From a virus (taxonomy: Duplodnaviria > Heunggongvirae > Uroviricota > Caudoviricetes), in the IMG/VR virus record IMGVR_UViG_651053023_000001, positions 1 to 64,000 of that record: a stretch of 64,000 nt of DNA. One strand, 5' to 3'. A program made the translations under genes and the position numbers. The stretch's first letter is position 1. Every line of letters begins with the position of its first letter. The notes under the pieces were generated by a model that saw only the letters and a program-made list of their open reading frames with translations, did not search any database and was not told the DNA's origin. Below are positions 8,150 through 20,986 of the stretch, piece after piece.

Positions 8150-8180
8150 GGAAGAGGTGCTAATCCTCTTCCTGTAATTC
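8150..8180. terminator. bidirectional terminator hairpin (GGAAGAGG-tgctaat-CCTCTTCC) between convergent genes
   Basis: Perfect 8-bp stem between the + strand cassette and the - strand lxc-like gene. Confidence 0.5.
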
Positions 8181-8203
8181 TATGATTCCTAAATGTTAAT
8201 GAG

Positions 8204-8452
8204 TCAATCAGCATTCAGAAGCAATGCGTTATCTATGATGATCTGCTCCCATTCTTCGAATGCCCGGTCGCGGACGCCCTGGGGAACGCTGTTAGTTTTG
8301 AAATCGACGACCGTACGCCATTTTCCGTCCGGACGGTACATGCGCAGAGCTTTACTTCCCCCTTCCCTGCGCACCTCAACGTTATGCTTGTCAGCAAACT
8401 CTTGTAATGCTCGTAGCGTCCCATGCTTTACTGTGTAGTATCGCTTTTTCAA
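8204..8452 (-). CDS. lxc: Lxc/Bof-like C1 co-repressor modulator (by size and synteny)
   Basis: 82-aa ORF at the end of the darB-ulx transcription unit; size and position match P1 lxc as I recall it. Confidence 0.5.
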   Translation of the reverse strand: MKKRYYTVKHGTLRALQEFADKHNVEVRREGGSKALRMYRPDGKWRTVVDFKTNSVPQGVRDRAFEEWEQIIIDNALLLNAD

Positions 8453-8889
8453 GTTTTCTCTCCAGCCTGTGCCAAGGCTTCAACTTCCAAATCGTAAGAC
8501 TCAAACTCATAGTCCTGGTCGTCAACCTCTTCAGGCACTGGCAGTAAATGCCAGGCTGAGTATATCTGACCATTATCAAAACGCTCCTGGCTGTAGAGCG
8601 TCGCAGCTATGAGCGTCAGCGCCGGGCGGTCATAACGGTAAATTTTGCGAACGTCACGGTCAACGAGACGACCGAAATTACCATAACCGCGCTCCAGTAA
8701 TAATTTTTTAATTTCCGGCCAGTATGGACCATAGCTGCGGTACAGGCGGGGATTTTTCAGTAATCGCCCGCGTAGCCCTGACAGGAAGAAATCAACGTAT
8801 TCGTCTTCTGTCTTTCCTAACAACGCCGTACGCAGTACCGCCTCAAGATATGTTTTATTCGGTTTTATTGTATCAGATAGTGTGGCCAT
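8449..8889 (-). CDS. ulx: Ulx-like protein (upstream of lxc)
   Basis: 146-aa ORF between darB and lxc, overlapping lxc start by 4 nt. Confidence 0.5.
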   Translation of the reverse strand: MATLSDTIKPNKTYLEAVLRTALLGKTEDEYVDFFLSGLRGRLLKNPRLYRSYGPYWPEIKKLLLERGYGNFGRLVDRDVRKIYRYDRPALTLIAATLYSQERFDNGQIYSAWHLLPVPEEVDDQDYEFESYDLEVEALAQAGEKT

Positions 8890-8922
8890 ATTATGCGACG
8901 CCCGGCGAACCGGGCGCTCCTG

Positions 8923-11900
8923 TTATGCGTATTGTTGGATGACGGCCAGAACGTCCGCCACGTTGTGTTTTGTCTCGATAATCCACCAGTTACCCGGGAA
9001 ATCGCTGTTCTTCGCCTTCGCTGGCAGCCAGCGAGCGCCGAATTTCGCCTTGATTGCGTCTTTCGCACGGAAAAGAACGCCTTTCATGCCTGAGGCTTCC
9101 TGAAGCCCAAATACCTCGCCAGCGGCGAATTTTGGTGCGTACATCATCTTCAGGTCGGCGGTGGATACGCGATAATTCAGACCAAGAGACTGAGCTATGC
9201 TGGTGGCATCACCCTGTATTGATGATAACTCTTCTTGTTTCTCGTTTCTGGCGGCAATCTCTTCCTCCGTGATGTTGCCAAGGGCCAGGTTTATCCGATC
9301 AGCGTCGGCCTGTTTCTCTTCATCGGTGCGCCCGGCAAGAACCGTGTTAATTCTCTGCAATATCTCCACATGATTCTTGCGCATGCTGAGCAATTCCGGC
9401 GTAACCTCGTTAAGATCCACCAGCCCAAGGATGGCAAGGTCGGAAAACATTGATACCAGGTTGTAGGTCATGCGATAGCTGAGTTGACCATAGGCTGATG
9501 GCAACTTCACCGCATCCATTTGATAGGCATCCATAAATTTAGAGCCGTCGTTTACGACATCCGCTATTGCAGGTGTGATTTTCCCTGTGGTGGCGGCCTC
9601 CCTGATTGCTGTTACCCACGATTGAGTCAGCGCGGCGACTGCATGATTCAGATTGGCTTCCCGTTCTGCTGCGATGCGCGCGCTTGCTGCGTCCATTGCC
9701 TGCTTGATCTCGGCTTTATTGCTGTAAATGCCAATGGTGCCAAACTGTGCTGTGGTGATCTCATAATCTGACGCCCGGAACTCATGGGTACCGAAAATAG
9801 CATTGGTGACCTCAAGTTCAGAGTCCCCGTTACGAGTAGCCCCCTGGCTTGTTTTCTCCGGCATTTTGGCGATCGAATCCGCTATTTTCTCCTGAAGTGC
9901 TTCAGGGGATAGCGTATCTCCGTATGACGCGATTACATCGCCATAATTGGAGCCAAACAGTTCAGTCAGGAATACTTCTGCCAAACGGACCTGGCGGTTA
10001 TTCCCTTCCGACATCATACCAAGCACCCATTTTGCAATTGACGACTTCAGCGCGCCGTCACGGCGATCCGGGTAAACCGCATGCTTCAGTGGGTCCGTAT
10101 AGGTACCAACAAAATCAATGCTATAGCCTGACTCTGTAGTCTGAACGCCGTATGAGTCAGTGATTTTGATCATGCCGCGCTGCTGGAAACGGTAGAAATC
10201 GTCACAGGAAATGATGTCGTTAATCCCGGCGATGGAGACGCCACCACTGATTTTCTGCATAACAGCATCTTCATCGGGAGTTACATCCACCTGTTTATCC
10301 AGCGTCTTCACATCCCAGTTACCCGATTTGGTGCCTTTGAAGGTAAAGATGATCTCCACGTCTGCGCGCTGGCTGTCGAAGTCCAGCGACTTAATGCGAA
10401 CGATATCACCGGCACAATCGTAGTATTGGCCTACACGCCATGAGCGATCGCCGATAACAAGGAACTCATTCGCATGGTTAACCATGTCAGGATCAATATC
10501 CAGAATGCCTTTATTTATTGCATCCTCCACCAGCGGGCGCAGGCGTTTGATATCCGTCGCGGCCTTCTGAGTACGGTTCAATAATTTCTCATAGCGTGAG
10601 ATGGCCTGAGAGATATTAGCCTTGCGCTGAATGGCGCTTTTCAACGACGCGCGATACTGTGCTAACAACATACGGTCTGTGTGATGGACACTCCCCCAGC
10701 GGGCCTTCCAGTCTGCGTTATCCGCTGCCTTGGCCATTGCCGCCTGTTTGAATTTAGCTACCTCGGCGGTGGTCTTTTCAAGTTCCGCTTTGCTTCGCTC
10801 TAATTCAGCGGTAAGTACCTCCACATCCTCGCCAGCTGCGTGCTGCGCCTTGATGTAGTTCTGAAGGTCGATAGTAGCCTGTTCTTTCTGGCGAGCGCGT
10901 TTCGCAGCTTTCGCCTTATCCATTTGAACCTGCATCATTGCCAGACGTTCGCCGTCATCCTTCGCGGTATACATCTGCATTTCGATCATGTCATTGGCGT
11001 CGGCGTTCTCCATTTCTGACTTATCTGAACGGAGGATATCGGAGATCCAGCCTGCTTTACGCTTCAGCGTCTTCAGTCGGTATTCATCGAAAGACCCCTT
11101 GCCGCAGTAGTAGTGAACGCGAACGCTTGCACGGTTGGAGCCAACTCGTGCACCGCGACCGTTACGTTGTGCGATACTGGCTGGTGTCCACGGCAACGTC
11201 AGGTGGTGGATATCCGTCGTTCCTCGATGCAGGTTGATACCCACCTCTGCCTTTTTGTTGCAGATGATGATCGGAGTCCGGCCCTCCTGGAAGTCGGCTG
11301 CAATCTTTTCCAGACCGCCCAACGACATTTCATTTTGCTGCGCGATATAGGCGTCATACAGAGCCATTTGCTCGTTGTATTTCGCTATCTGTGCATCTGT
11401 TGGTTCATCCGGTAGCTCTTTCGGCGGTTTAACCGCTTTCAGTTTCTTACCGGTTTTACCTGCCTCGGCAACCGTCTGAGCATTCAGGATCCCCACCTTT
11501 GAAGGTTCAAGGTTTAGAGCATTGCAGATAATGCGCTTGAGCTTCTGGTGCTGCGTTTTTTCATCGGTGAAGATGATTTGCTTACCTTCCGGGAAAAACT
11601 CCTTCAGCGTGGCGATCAGCTTCGCGTATTTGGGCGTAACGGGGTGAGTTACGGTCTGTTCGTCAATGCCAAACCTGGCCAGTCGCTTATTCACTTCCTG
11701 CTCGAACGCTTCCGGAACCTGCAACTGAATAAACTCGCCCTTATCTATCAGGGAGTATTGCGATTGCTGCGTGATTGAATCATCACTGTCGTCGTATTCG
11801 CTGGTGGCTTGTTTAGGCAAACTGTCCGCCAGCTGCTGCACCGCATCGGCGTACTCCGGCAGGAAACGATAGGTGATCCGGCGATAGTACAGGTCCATGT

Positions 11901-14900
11901 CAGTACATACGCGGTCCATATCCCTGATTATTGAGAAGATCGGACGGGCTTTCTCGTGCTCAATCACGCCGTCTTCATTGACCGAGGTCGTTACGCCATT
12001 GTTGGCTTTGGCCGCCGCTTCCGCCTGCTGACGCAATTCTTCATACGCCGCCAGTTGTTCTTCAGTAAGTGGTGCATCCTGCTGGTGTTCGTCCAGCTCC
12101 GGGATCTCCACGGTATCCTTAACGTCTTCCGCCGTTTTAAGCGTTACCCAGCGATGGAATATACCGCGCAGCGCATCAAGGTTTTCAAAGCCCACCAGCG
12201 CCATTTTTTCTTCAACTTCACCGCTGATTTTCTGTACCGTTTCCAGCCTGGTCTTGCCGAAGAATTTAACGAAGTCATCAGGACCGTAGATCCCCATGTT
12301 CTGCCAGTATTCCTTCGGCAGAACATGAGAAAGCATGTTGTATGCATCGATCGGGGTGTTAACGACTGGCGTTGCAGTCAGGAGAACCGGCCCGCGCCCG
12401 CCATTCTTTTTCATCAGGTACGCGTTTTTAATTGCCATATCTCGCGCCGATTGCGCCACCGCGCTGGTGGGCAGATAGGCCAGTTGTGACGCTTCGCGAC
12501 CATTTTTATAGCTATTGCGGTAGTTGTGACCTTCGTCAGCGATCACACTATCGAAGCCCATATCCTCAAAGTACGGATACTTCTCTGCTTTTTCGGTGCC
12601 GGTATCTGAATACTCCGACAATACCCGGCGACGCGCGGCCTCTTTGCGGTGGGAGTCGGAGTCCATTGCGCTGGCTACGCGTCCGGCGGCAACGAAGTCA
12701 TAAAGCATATCCTGTGCATGCTCATCTACGGTGTCATCACGTAGCGGAATGCGGGCGTATTGTTCTTTGGTAAACACGACTGCACGGTAATTTGAGTGCG
12801 GGATCGCGTTCATCCGCGCCGTGATAGTGGCTTCATCTGCCAGCTTAAGAGCATCGCGCATAACTGGAGTGCCATCAGTACCAAGAACAGGTTTACCGTT
12901 CTCATCGAGCACCGGCACCTGGCGAATCTGATCGCCATCCATCAGCACATCAAGACCGACGAACAGGTAGTTACTGAATGCCTCTTCACTCAGAAACTCT
13001 TTTGCTTCGTAATACCAGTTTTCCAGCACTGATTTAGGCACTACATACGCAGTACGGGTGGAACGACCGTTCTCATAGTTGAACGCCTCAAGCGCCAGCG
13101 CGGTCGTGGTTTTACCCAGCCCGGTGCCGAAGCCCAGGATGCCGCGCCCATCTTCGGACAGTCGGCGCACCTCGCTATTCTGGTAATCAAATGGCTGGCG
13201 CTTACCGCTTAATCCCTTCAACCCAAGCGGATCGCCAGAGTGTTCATACGGGATATTGCTATTGAACACATCGTTGTATTTGGCAACCAGCTCATCGTAG
13301 CGATCGTGCGTCTTGATCCACTTATTGAACTGGTCCTCAAGCAGTGCCATCTGCTCGCGGTAGCCGTTAGCCGTCGCGCTATCTTTGCCACCGATACGCG
13401 CACCATTGAGATACTTTTCCAGCTGTGCCGGGAACCCGGTCGCGTTTTCACCTGATTTACGGTCCCACTCGTAGCGGATCTCGCCTGTTTCTTTATCCTT
13501 GCGCTGGACGACACCGTATCGGTGCCCGACGAACAGACCATCACCACCGTGATAGGTGTCAGAAACCATTTCGTCGCCTTCAAGCTGCACTGACTGCACA
13601 TAGCGCAGATCCGGATAGCCGTTTTCCTGCAAAAATTCCAGAATGACGGAACGGTCGAACCAACGGCTATTGAGCTTAAACCGGATATTCTCTGCTGGCG
13701 TCTTGATGCGCTTCTCTTCGATCGCTGCCAGCTGATTAAGGACGTTGTTCTTTACTGGACCGTCGGGGAGCGTGGCGAGGAATTCCTGTTTTGGAGCCAC
13801 TATCTCGTTAATGTCGCCGCTGGTGGCGCGGGCGAACGGAACAATCCCGCCATACGGTGAAACCGCAATACCAGGGGTGCTGGCCAATAAATTAAGCAAC
13901 TCTTCATCACTGGCTGGCAGTTCGCCGGTAAACGCAAGGCGGAAATCATCGAGCTGGATTGGATCGCGAGTGAGATCACTGTAGAGATAACGCAGGGTGT
14001 CCTGATAGCTGGTGGAGTCATAACTTGCGCTGGAATCATGCGTAACCAGCTTTCCTGTCAGCTCGTCAGAAATAGTGCCATCCAGCTTAATTGCACCACG
14101 GAAAGCAAACCAGGCGCGCGCACCGCTCCCCGATAATTTCGCTATCGGGCCGCGACCGGGGTTACCAAAACGGTCAATCTCTGCCTGCAAACGGGATACC
14201 AGAGAAAGGCGCTGCTGTTCGATTTGTTCAGCACTATGCCCGGCGGCCTTCATGTCCTGATATTCAATTAACATCCGGCCAATCATCGCCCCGCGATACA
14301 AGCGTTCACGGTATTTTTCAGGCTGGCTGTTAATCCAGTCCACCAGCTGCACCATATCGTCGCTGATTGATGTGGTGTACTTATCGCGGACATTTGCCAT
14401 CTGGGTAAATGTCATGCCGAGACGGCCTTCTGTTGTAGTCAGGTTACGCTGAAGAGCCTCCCAGCTATCCGCGCCATAACTGGCAGCATCGATCTTAAGT
14501 TCCTTCCCGGCATCAGCTTCAATCCAGCGACCACCAGCATATTTTTGCCATACGCCATTAATCAGGCGCATTTCCCCTTCATCAACAACATCTGCGGTCG
14601 GTGACGGTTCAGCCATATCGAGCAAAGACCAGTCGATACGACTTTCGAAACGATGAATCAGCTTCGCTTTAAGAGCCTGGTTATCAATCTGCCCGTCGGC
14701 ACGAACCTCAATACGCCCCTGGAAGCCCTTTTCCTGGGTACCATGAACAAACCGGCGACCGTCCTTTTCAAACCACTTGCCAGAAATAAACGTTGGCCAA
14801 AGCACATTTGCCGATTCAAGAGTGCTTTCATCCACCAGGGGGATTTTCTCAGCCATCTCCGCCGGATGTTTGCGCATCAGCACCACATCAACGACTGTAC

Positions 14901-15690
14901 TGGTCCCGTTTGCGTCAAAAGTACCGGTAGGCAAGCGGTGAGCGCCAAGAAATTCAGCTTTACGGGATAGGCGCAGGCGTAACCGCTTCATGTTTGAACC
15001 TGAAACAATGGACGGCGGCACAATCACGCACATGAATCCGCCTGGCTTTATCTTGTCCAGCATGCGGAGCATGAAGTAAGAACCCATGTCCGTTTCTTCT
15101 GCGTAAGGCTTATCGATGTTGCGTGTGTTATCACGACCACCGAACGGAACGTTACCCACAACATGGTCGAATGAATCGTTAGGCGTGCTTACAGCCAATT
15201 GTTCGAACGGGGAAATCTGTACGCTGTCTTCCGGGTGTAACAGCTGGTTTATACGACCGGAAACACTGCTGATCTCAGTCGCGGTCATCACCGTACCAAC
15301 CGGTTTTGTCTCATTAAAAACGCCGGTTCCCGCCGATGGTTCCAGAGTGTTACCTACGTCCGCGCCGTAGAGCTTCATGATCTCCCAGACGCCTTCAGCG
15401 ATCGGCTTTGGTGTGTAATATTCGGAGACGGACCCGCCAATGCCGCCTTCACCAGTGTACCCGGCCAGGATCTGGCGCTGTTCATCTGTCAGTGTCGCGC
15501 CGTCCACCAGCGAATTAAGCAAATCTATCGCCTTCTGATTCGCCTCCCGGCGCAGTCGGTCATAGCTTTTGCCTTCCACCTTTTCCACGCCGTATTTAAT
15601 CGGCGCTCGGTGAGATGTTATTGCCCTAATGTATTTCAATATTTCGCTGACACTTGAACAGCGAAACACCCCCATAGATAGCTTGTTCAT
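8923..15690 (-). CDS. darB: DarB antirestriction protein (N6-adenine methyltransferase-like plus helicase domains)
   Basis: 2255 aa (P1 DarB length); methyltransferase-like VGNVPFGG motif near the N-terminus; helicase Walker A GFGTGLGKTTTALAL and DEGH box. Confidence 0.9.
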   Translation of the reverse strand: MNKLSMGVFRCSSVSEILKYIRAITSHRAPIKYGVEKVEGKSYDRLRREANQKAIDLLNSLVDGATLTDEQRQILAGYTGEGGIGGSVSEYYTPKPIAEGVWEIMKLYGADVGNTLEPSAGTGVFNETKPVGTVMTATEISSVSGRINQLLHPEDSVQISPFEQLAVSTPNDSFDHVVGNVPFGGRDNTRNIDKPYAEETDMGSYFMLRMLDKIKPGGFMCVIVPPSIVSGSNMKRLRLRLSRKAEFLGAHRLPTGTFDANGTSTVVDVVLMRKHPAEMAEKIPLVDESTLESANVLWPTFISGKWFEKDGRRFVHGTQEKGFQGRIEVRADGQIDNQALKAKLIHRFESRIDWSLLDMAEPSPTADVVDEGEMRLINGVWQKYAGGRWIEADAGKELKIDAASYGADSWEALQRNLTTTEGRLGMTFTQMANVRDKYTTSISDDMVQLVDWINSQPEKYRERLYRGAMIGRMLIEYQDMKAAGHSAEQIEQQRLSLVSRLQAEIDRFGNPGRGPIAKLSGSGARAWFAFRGAIKLDGTISDELTGKLVTHDSSASYDSTSYQDTLRYLYSDLTRDPIQLDDFRLAFTGELPASDEELLNLLASTPGIAVSPYGGIVPFARATSGDINEIVAPKQEFLATLPDGPVKNNVLNQLAAIEEKRIKTPAENIRFKLNSRWFDRSVILEFLQENGYPDLRYVQSVQLEGDEMVSDTYHGGDGLFVGHRYGVVQRKDKETGEIRYEWDRKSGENATGFPAQLEKYLNGARIGGKDSATANGYREQMALLEDQFNKWIKTHDRYDELVAKYNDVFNSNIPYEHSGDPLGLKGLSGKRQPFDYQNSEVRRLSEDGRGILGFGTGLGKTTTALALEAFNYENGRSTRTAYVVPKSVLENWYYEAKEFLSEEAFSNYLFVGLDVLMDGDQIRQVPVLDENGKPVLGTDGTPVMRDALKLADEATITARMNAIPHSNYRAVVFTKEQYARIPLRDDTVDEHAQDMLYDFVAAGRVASAMDSDSHRKEAARRRVLSEYSDTGTEKAEKYPYFEDMGFDSVIADEGHNYRNSYKNGREASQLAYLPTSAVAQSARDMAIKNAYLMKKNGGRGPVLLTATPVVNTPIDAYNMLSHVLPKEYWQNMGIYGPDDFVKFFGKTRLETVQKISGEVEEKMALVGFENLDALRGIFHRWVTLKTAEDVKDTVEIPELDEHQQDAPLTEEQLAAYEELRQQAEAAAKANNGVTTSVNEDGVIEHEKARPIFSIIRDMDRVCTDMDLYYRRITYRFLPEYADAVQQLADSLPKQATSEYDDSDDSITQQSQYSLIDKGEFIQLQVPEAFEQEVNKRLARFGIDEQTVTHPVTPKYAKLIATLKEFFPEGKQIIFTDEKTQHQKLKRIICNALNLEPSKVGILNAQTVAEAGKTGKKLKAVKPPKELPDEPTDAQIAKYNEQMALYDAYIAQQNEMSLGGLEKIAADFQEGRTPIIICNKKAEVGINLHRGTTDIHHLTLPWTPASIAQRNGRGARVGSNRASVRVHYYCGKGSFDEYRLKTLKRKAGWISDILRSDKSEMENADANDMIEMQMYTAKDDGERLAMMQVQMDKAKAAKRARQKEQATIDLQNYIKAQHAAGEDVEVLTAELERSKAELEKTTAEVAKFKQAAMAKAADNADWKARWGSVHHTDRMLLAQYRASLKSAIQRKANISQAISRYEKLLNRTQKAATDIKRLRPLVEDAINKGILDIDPDMVNHANEFLVIGDRSWRVGQYYDCAGDIVRIKSLDFDSQRADVEIIFTFKGTKSGNWDVKTLDKQVDVTPDEDAVMQKISGGVSIAGINDIISCDDFYRFQQRGMIKITDSYGVQTTESGYSIDFVGTYTDPLKHAVYPDRRDGALKSSIAKWVLGMMSEGNNRQVRLAEVFLTELFGSNYGDVIASYGDTLSPEALQEKIADSIAKMPEKTSQGATRNGDSELEVTNAIFGTHEFRASDYEITTAQFGTIGIYSNKAEIKQAMDAASARIAAEREANLNHAVAALTQSWVTAIREAATTGKITPAIADVVNDGSKFMDAYQMDAVKLPSAYGQLSYRMTYNLVSMFSDLAILGLVDLNEVTPELLSMRKNHVEILQRINTVLAGRTDEEKQADADRINLALGNITEEEIAARNEKQEELSSIQGDATSIAQSLGLNYRVSTADLKMMYAPKFAAGEVFGLQEASGMKGVLFRAKDAIKAKFGARWLPAKAKNSDFPGNWWIIETKHNVADVLAVIQQYA

Positions 15691-15756
15691 TGGTAATCCT
15701 TAACAAGTGACTAGTGTTAAATTCCGTTAAAACACGATGCGAATTATTCTAATTAA

Positions 15757-18487
<2,731 letters not shown>

Positions 18488-18500
18488 CCACGAAAAATAA

Positions 18501-18524
18501 CCCCGGCGGATGCCGGGGTTCTCG
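18501..18524. terminator. terminator hairpin (CCCCGGC-ggat-GCCGGGG) after pro
   Basis: GC-rich perfect stem followed by TTCTCG. Confidence 0.5.
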
Positions 18525-18778
18525 TTAACTATTATCGCCTTCGCCTGCGTGCCATATATTTGCGCACCGCGCGGCGTGGACAATCTGAAGCGGTTTCTTT
18601 CTGCTGCATCAATCTTGCAGCCATGCTCAAAAATGTCAAGCACAGCCGAAGCCCAGCATACAATAGCGGTTCCAGTGGCCACGTCTCATTGAGCACATAT
18701 ACCGCCATGAAAATCGAGTCGAAAACTATCGCCGCCAGCGATAACTTCATTGTCGAAAGTCGGCGGAGCTGCCGGAGT

Positions 18779-19336
18779 TTATTCATTGATCAGCCCCGTC
18801 AGGCAAAGCTGGCGTTCTTTTTCACGGCGAATCTTTAAACCTCGCAGGGGCACGCCGTTACTGTTCACAAAATCAGGGAGATGGTTACACATATTCACCC
18901 ATTCCCCTTTCTGCGCCCACTTGTGGATGGACGTTTCGACTCGCATGCCTCGCGCTTTGCTGTAGTAGGTCCGTAAGCTATTGCATCCCATATTGAATGC
19001 CGCGCTTGTCATTGCACTGAAGGCATTATCGGGCATGTCTTTGCCCCGAAAGTGCTGATTAATACAGCGTTCAGCGATCAGGATATTCTTTTCCCAATCA
19101 GCGGCGATTTGCTGGTCGGTTTTTCGCACACCCGGCGTTACCCCGTGTGTATTACCGATCCCGTCAGTCCATACCCCCGCCGGGCACATGTATGGATCAC
19201 GTCGGCAACCTTCAGCGTTACCAATCAGCTCAAGCCCCGCCTGGTTGGTTCGCACATTGCCATTACCCATCACGATGGTAATCATCACCGCGATAGCGCA
19301 AATTGCACCGCCTCCTGCGGCTGTTTTTCCCTTCAT
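18779..19336 (-). CDS. lyz: Lyz SAR-endolysin (T4-lysozyme-type with N-terminal signal-arrest-release segment)
   Basis: 185-aa product from internal ATG: MKGKTAAGGGAICAIAVMITIVMGNGNVRTNQAGLELIGNAEGCRRDPYMCPAGVWTDGIGNTHGVT..., recognised as P1 Lyz; track ORF has a 33-aa upstream extension. Confidence 0.9.
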   Translation of the reverse strand: MKGKTAAGGGAICAIAVMITIVMGNGNVRTNQAGLELIGNAEGCRRDPYMCPAGVWTDGIGNTHGVTPGVRKTDQQIAADWEKNILIAERCINQHFRGKDMPDNAFSAMTSAAFNMGCNSLRTYYSKARGMRVETSIHKWAQKGEWVNMCNHLPDFVNSNGVPLRGLKIRREKERQLCLTGLINE

Positions 19337-19469
19337 AAAGACCTCATAAGCGAATTTTTTACGCTCCAGGACAAACACCCATTCACAGCCAATACCGACT
19401 GACTCGATCCCTTTAGAAGGCACAGGATAATGCAAATCACTTGTTAGCTACGTTTCAAAGATATACATT

Positions 19470-19486
19470 ATTGCTCTAATTAATTT
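19470..19486 (+). promoter_or_regulatory. C1 operator-like site (ATTGCTCTAATTAATTT) between lyz and ssb
   Basis: One mismatch to the C1 operator consensus. Confidence 0.55.
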
Positions 19487-19505
19487 ATTTTATTAGGTAA
19501 GATAA

Positions 19506-19994
19506 GTGGCACAACGCGGTGTAAACAAAGTCATCCTGATTGGCACCCTGGGGCAAGACCCGGAGATCAGGTATATACCAAATGGCGGCGCGGTCGGAAG
19601 ACTCAGCATCGCAACGAATGAATCATGGCGCGACAAGCAAACGGGCCAACAGAAAGAGCAAACAGAATGGCATAAAGTCGTTTTGTTCGGAAAACTTGCT
19701 GAAATTGCGAGTGAGTATTTGCGAAAAGGTTCTCAGGTCTACATCGAAGGGAAACTTAAAACCCGTAAGTGGGCAGATGACGCCGGTGTAGAACGTTACA
19801 CGACGGAAATTATCGTCAGCCAGGGCGGCACCATGCAAATGATCGGCGCTCGCCGTGACGATTCACAGTCCTCAAATGGCTGGGGGCAATCAAACCAACC
19901 TCAAAACCACCAGCAATACAGTGGTGGCGGTAAACCTCAGAGCAACGCCAATAACGAACCTCCAATGGACTTTGACGACGATATTCCGTTTTGA
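19506..19994 (+). CDS. ssb: single-stranded DNA-binding protein
   Basis: GTG start; typical SSB N-terminus ([25 protein letters not shown]...[16 protein letters not shown]...) and acidic C-terminal tail MDFDDDIPF. Confidence 0.92.
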   Translation: MAQRGVNKVILIGTLGQDPEIRYIPNGGAVGRLSIATNESWRDKQTGQQKEQTEWHKVVLFGKLAEIASEYLRKGSQVYIEGKLKTRKWADDAGVERYTTEIIVSQGGTMQMIGARRDDSQSSNGWGQSNQPQNHQQYSGGGKPQSNANNEPPMDFDDDIPF

Positions 19995-20191
19995 ATGTGT
20001 AAAAAACGACTGAAAGAAAAGCGGTGGTCCAGACGCCGACAAAAGCACGAACTCGCTCAAAAACGCCAAAGTTGGCAATGGCACGCGCTTTTAACGAATA
20101 GAACACCCCGAGATATTGCTTTCGCTGGTGGGAAAACATTCCTAACCAACCTGAAGGCGCAATACATCAGTTTTTAAGCAGAGAAAAGACT

Positions 20192-20986
20192 ATGACAGCA
20201 CAAAATACTAAAACCATTCAATACCGCCTACGTAATGGCCAGAGTGTCGAAGTGACCATCAATAACGAGGGAGTGCCAGGCGAAAAGGTTTCTATCTCTG
20301 ATCTGGCTATCGAAAAAACCATCATGTGCCACCTTGGCTTTACTGAAGAAGTGAGCAAAAAGCATGGTGTAGCTATCTGGCGCACAATGGATACTGGAAT
20401 GCGCAGATTCATTACTGCTCGTACCCCTGGTATGACCATGATGGACCTCATGCAGATTGCGCCGCTGTTTGAGTGTGAACCTCTGGATGTATTCAGTAAT
20501 CCAGTTATCTGCCAGCAGTTATATGGTGAGATGAAACTCGCGGTTACCCCCATCGTGCTGCATGAAGGATCGCTTGCTGGCGTATGGAAAGTAGAGCGAA
20601 TTTCAAGCTACATGCCCTTCCACGTCCATGTCAACGGCGTAATCACAGGTGAAAATCAACCTGTTTCAGTTACAAAGTCAGACCTCAAGCGTGCAATTCT
20701 TGAAGCAAGTTGTCGAGTTATCGGCCTGGGCAAACAGTCTTATGTTTGCTTCCCCGCAGGCCCAGAAGGCCAGGCTGAAATACTGGCGATGGATGCCGAT
20801 CTGCTCTGGCAAATAGAGTTTATGATAGGGAAAAGCATCATCCGAGCTGAAGAACTCGATCAGTACATTACCTGCACAATGACGGATGAGGTAAAAAGTG
20901 TGGCTATAGCCAAAGCCCGGAACCTGTGTCGTGCTGCATTAACAGAACTGCGAGAAAACACCACGGAAGAGGTGGAAAGTGATTAA
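20192..20986 (+). CDS. hypothetical protein
   Basis: 264-aa ORF, overlaps next ORF by 8 nt (operon). Confidence 0.55.
   Translation: MTAQNTKTIQYRLRNGQSVEVTINNEGVPGEKVSISDLAIEKTIMCHLGFTEEVSKKHGVAIWRTMDTGMRRFITARTPGMTMMDLMQIAPLFECEPLDVFSNPVICQQLYGEMKLAVTPIVLHEGSLAGVWKVERISSYMPFHVHVNGVITGENQPVSVTKSDLKRAILEASCRVIGLGKQSYVCFPAGPEGQAEILAMDADLLWQIEFMIGKSIIRAEELDQYITCTMTDEVKSVAIAKARNLCRAALTELRENTTEEVESD

Noticed and set aside
8193-8438. Plus-strand 81-aa ORF and minus-strand 63-aa ORF overlapping lxc
   Set aside because: Alternative frames of the lxc-like gene region, which sits in a conserved darB-ulx-lxc operon.
8923-15690. Many 60-180-aa ORFs on the opposite strand inside darB (e.g. 11956..12489, 12432..12773, 13218..13601)
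   Set aside because: Embedded in a 2255-aa gene with clear methyltransferase and helicase motifs; they are antisense shadow ORFs.
18532-18786. 84-aa minus-strand ORF downstream of lyz with poly-Arg C-terminus
   Set aside because: Overlaps the pro terminator region and alternative ORFs on the other strand; no convincing start context.
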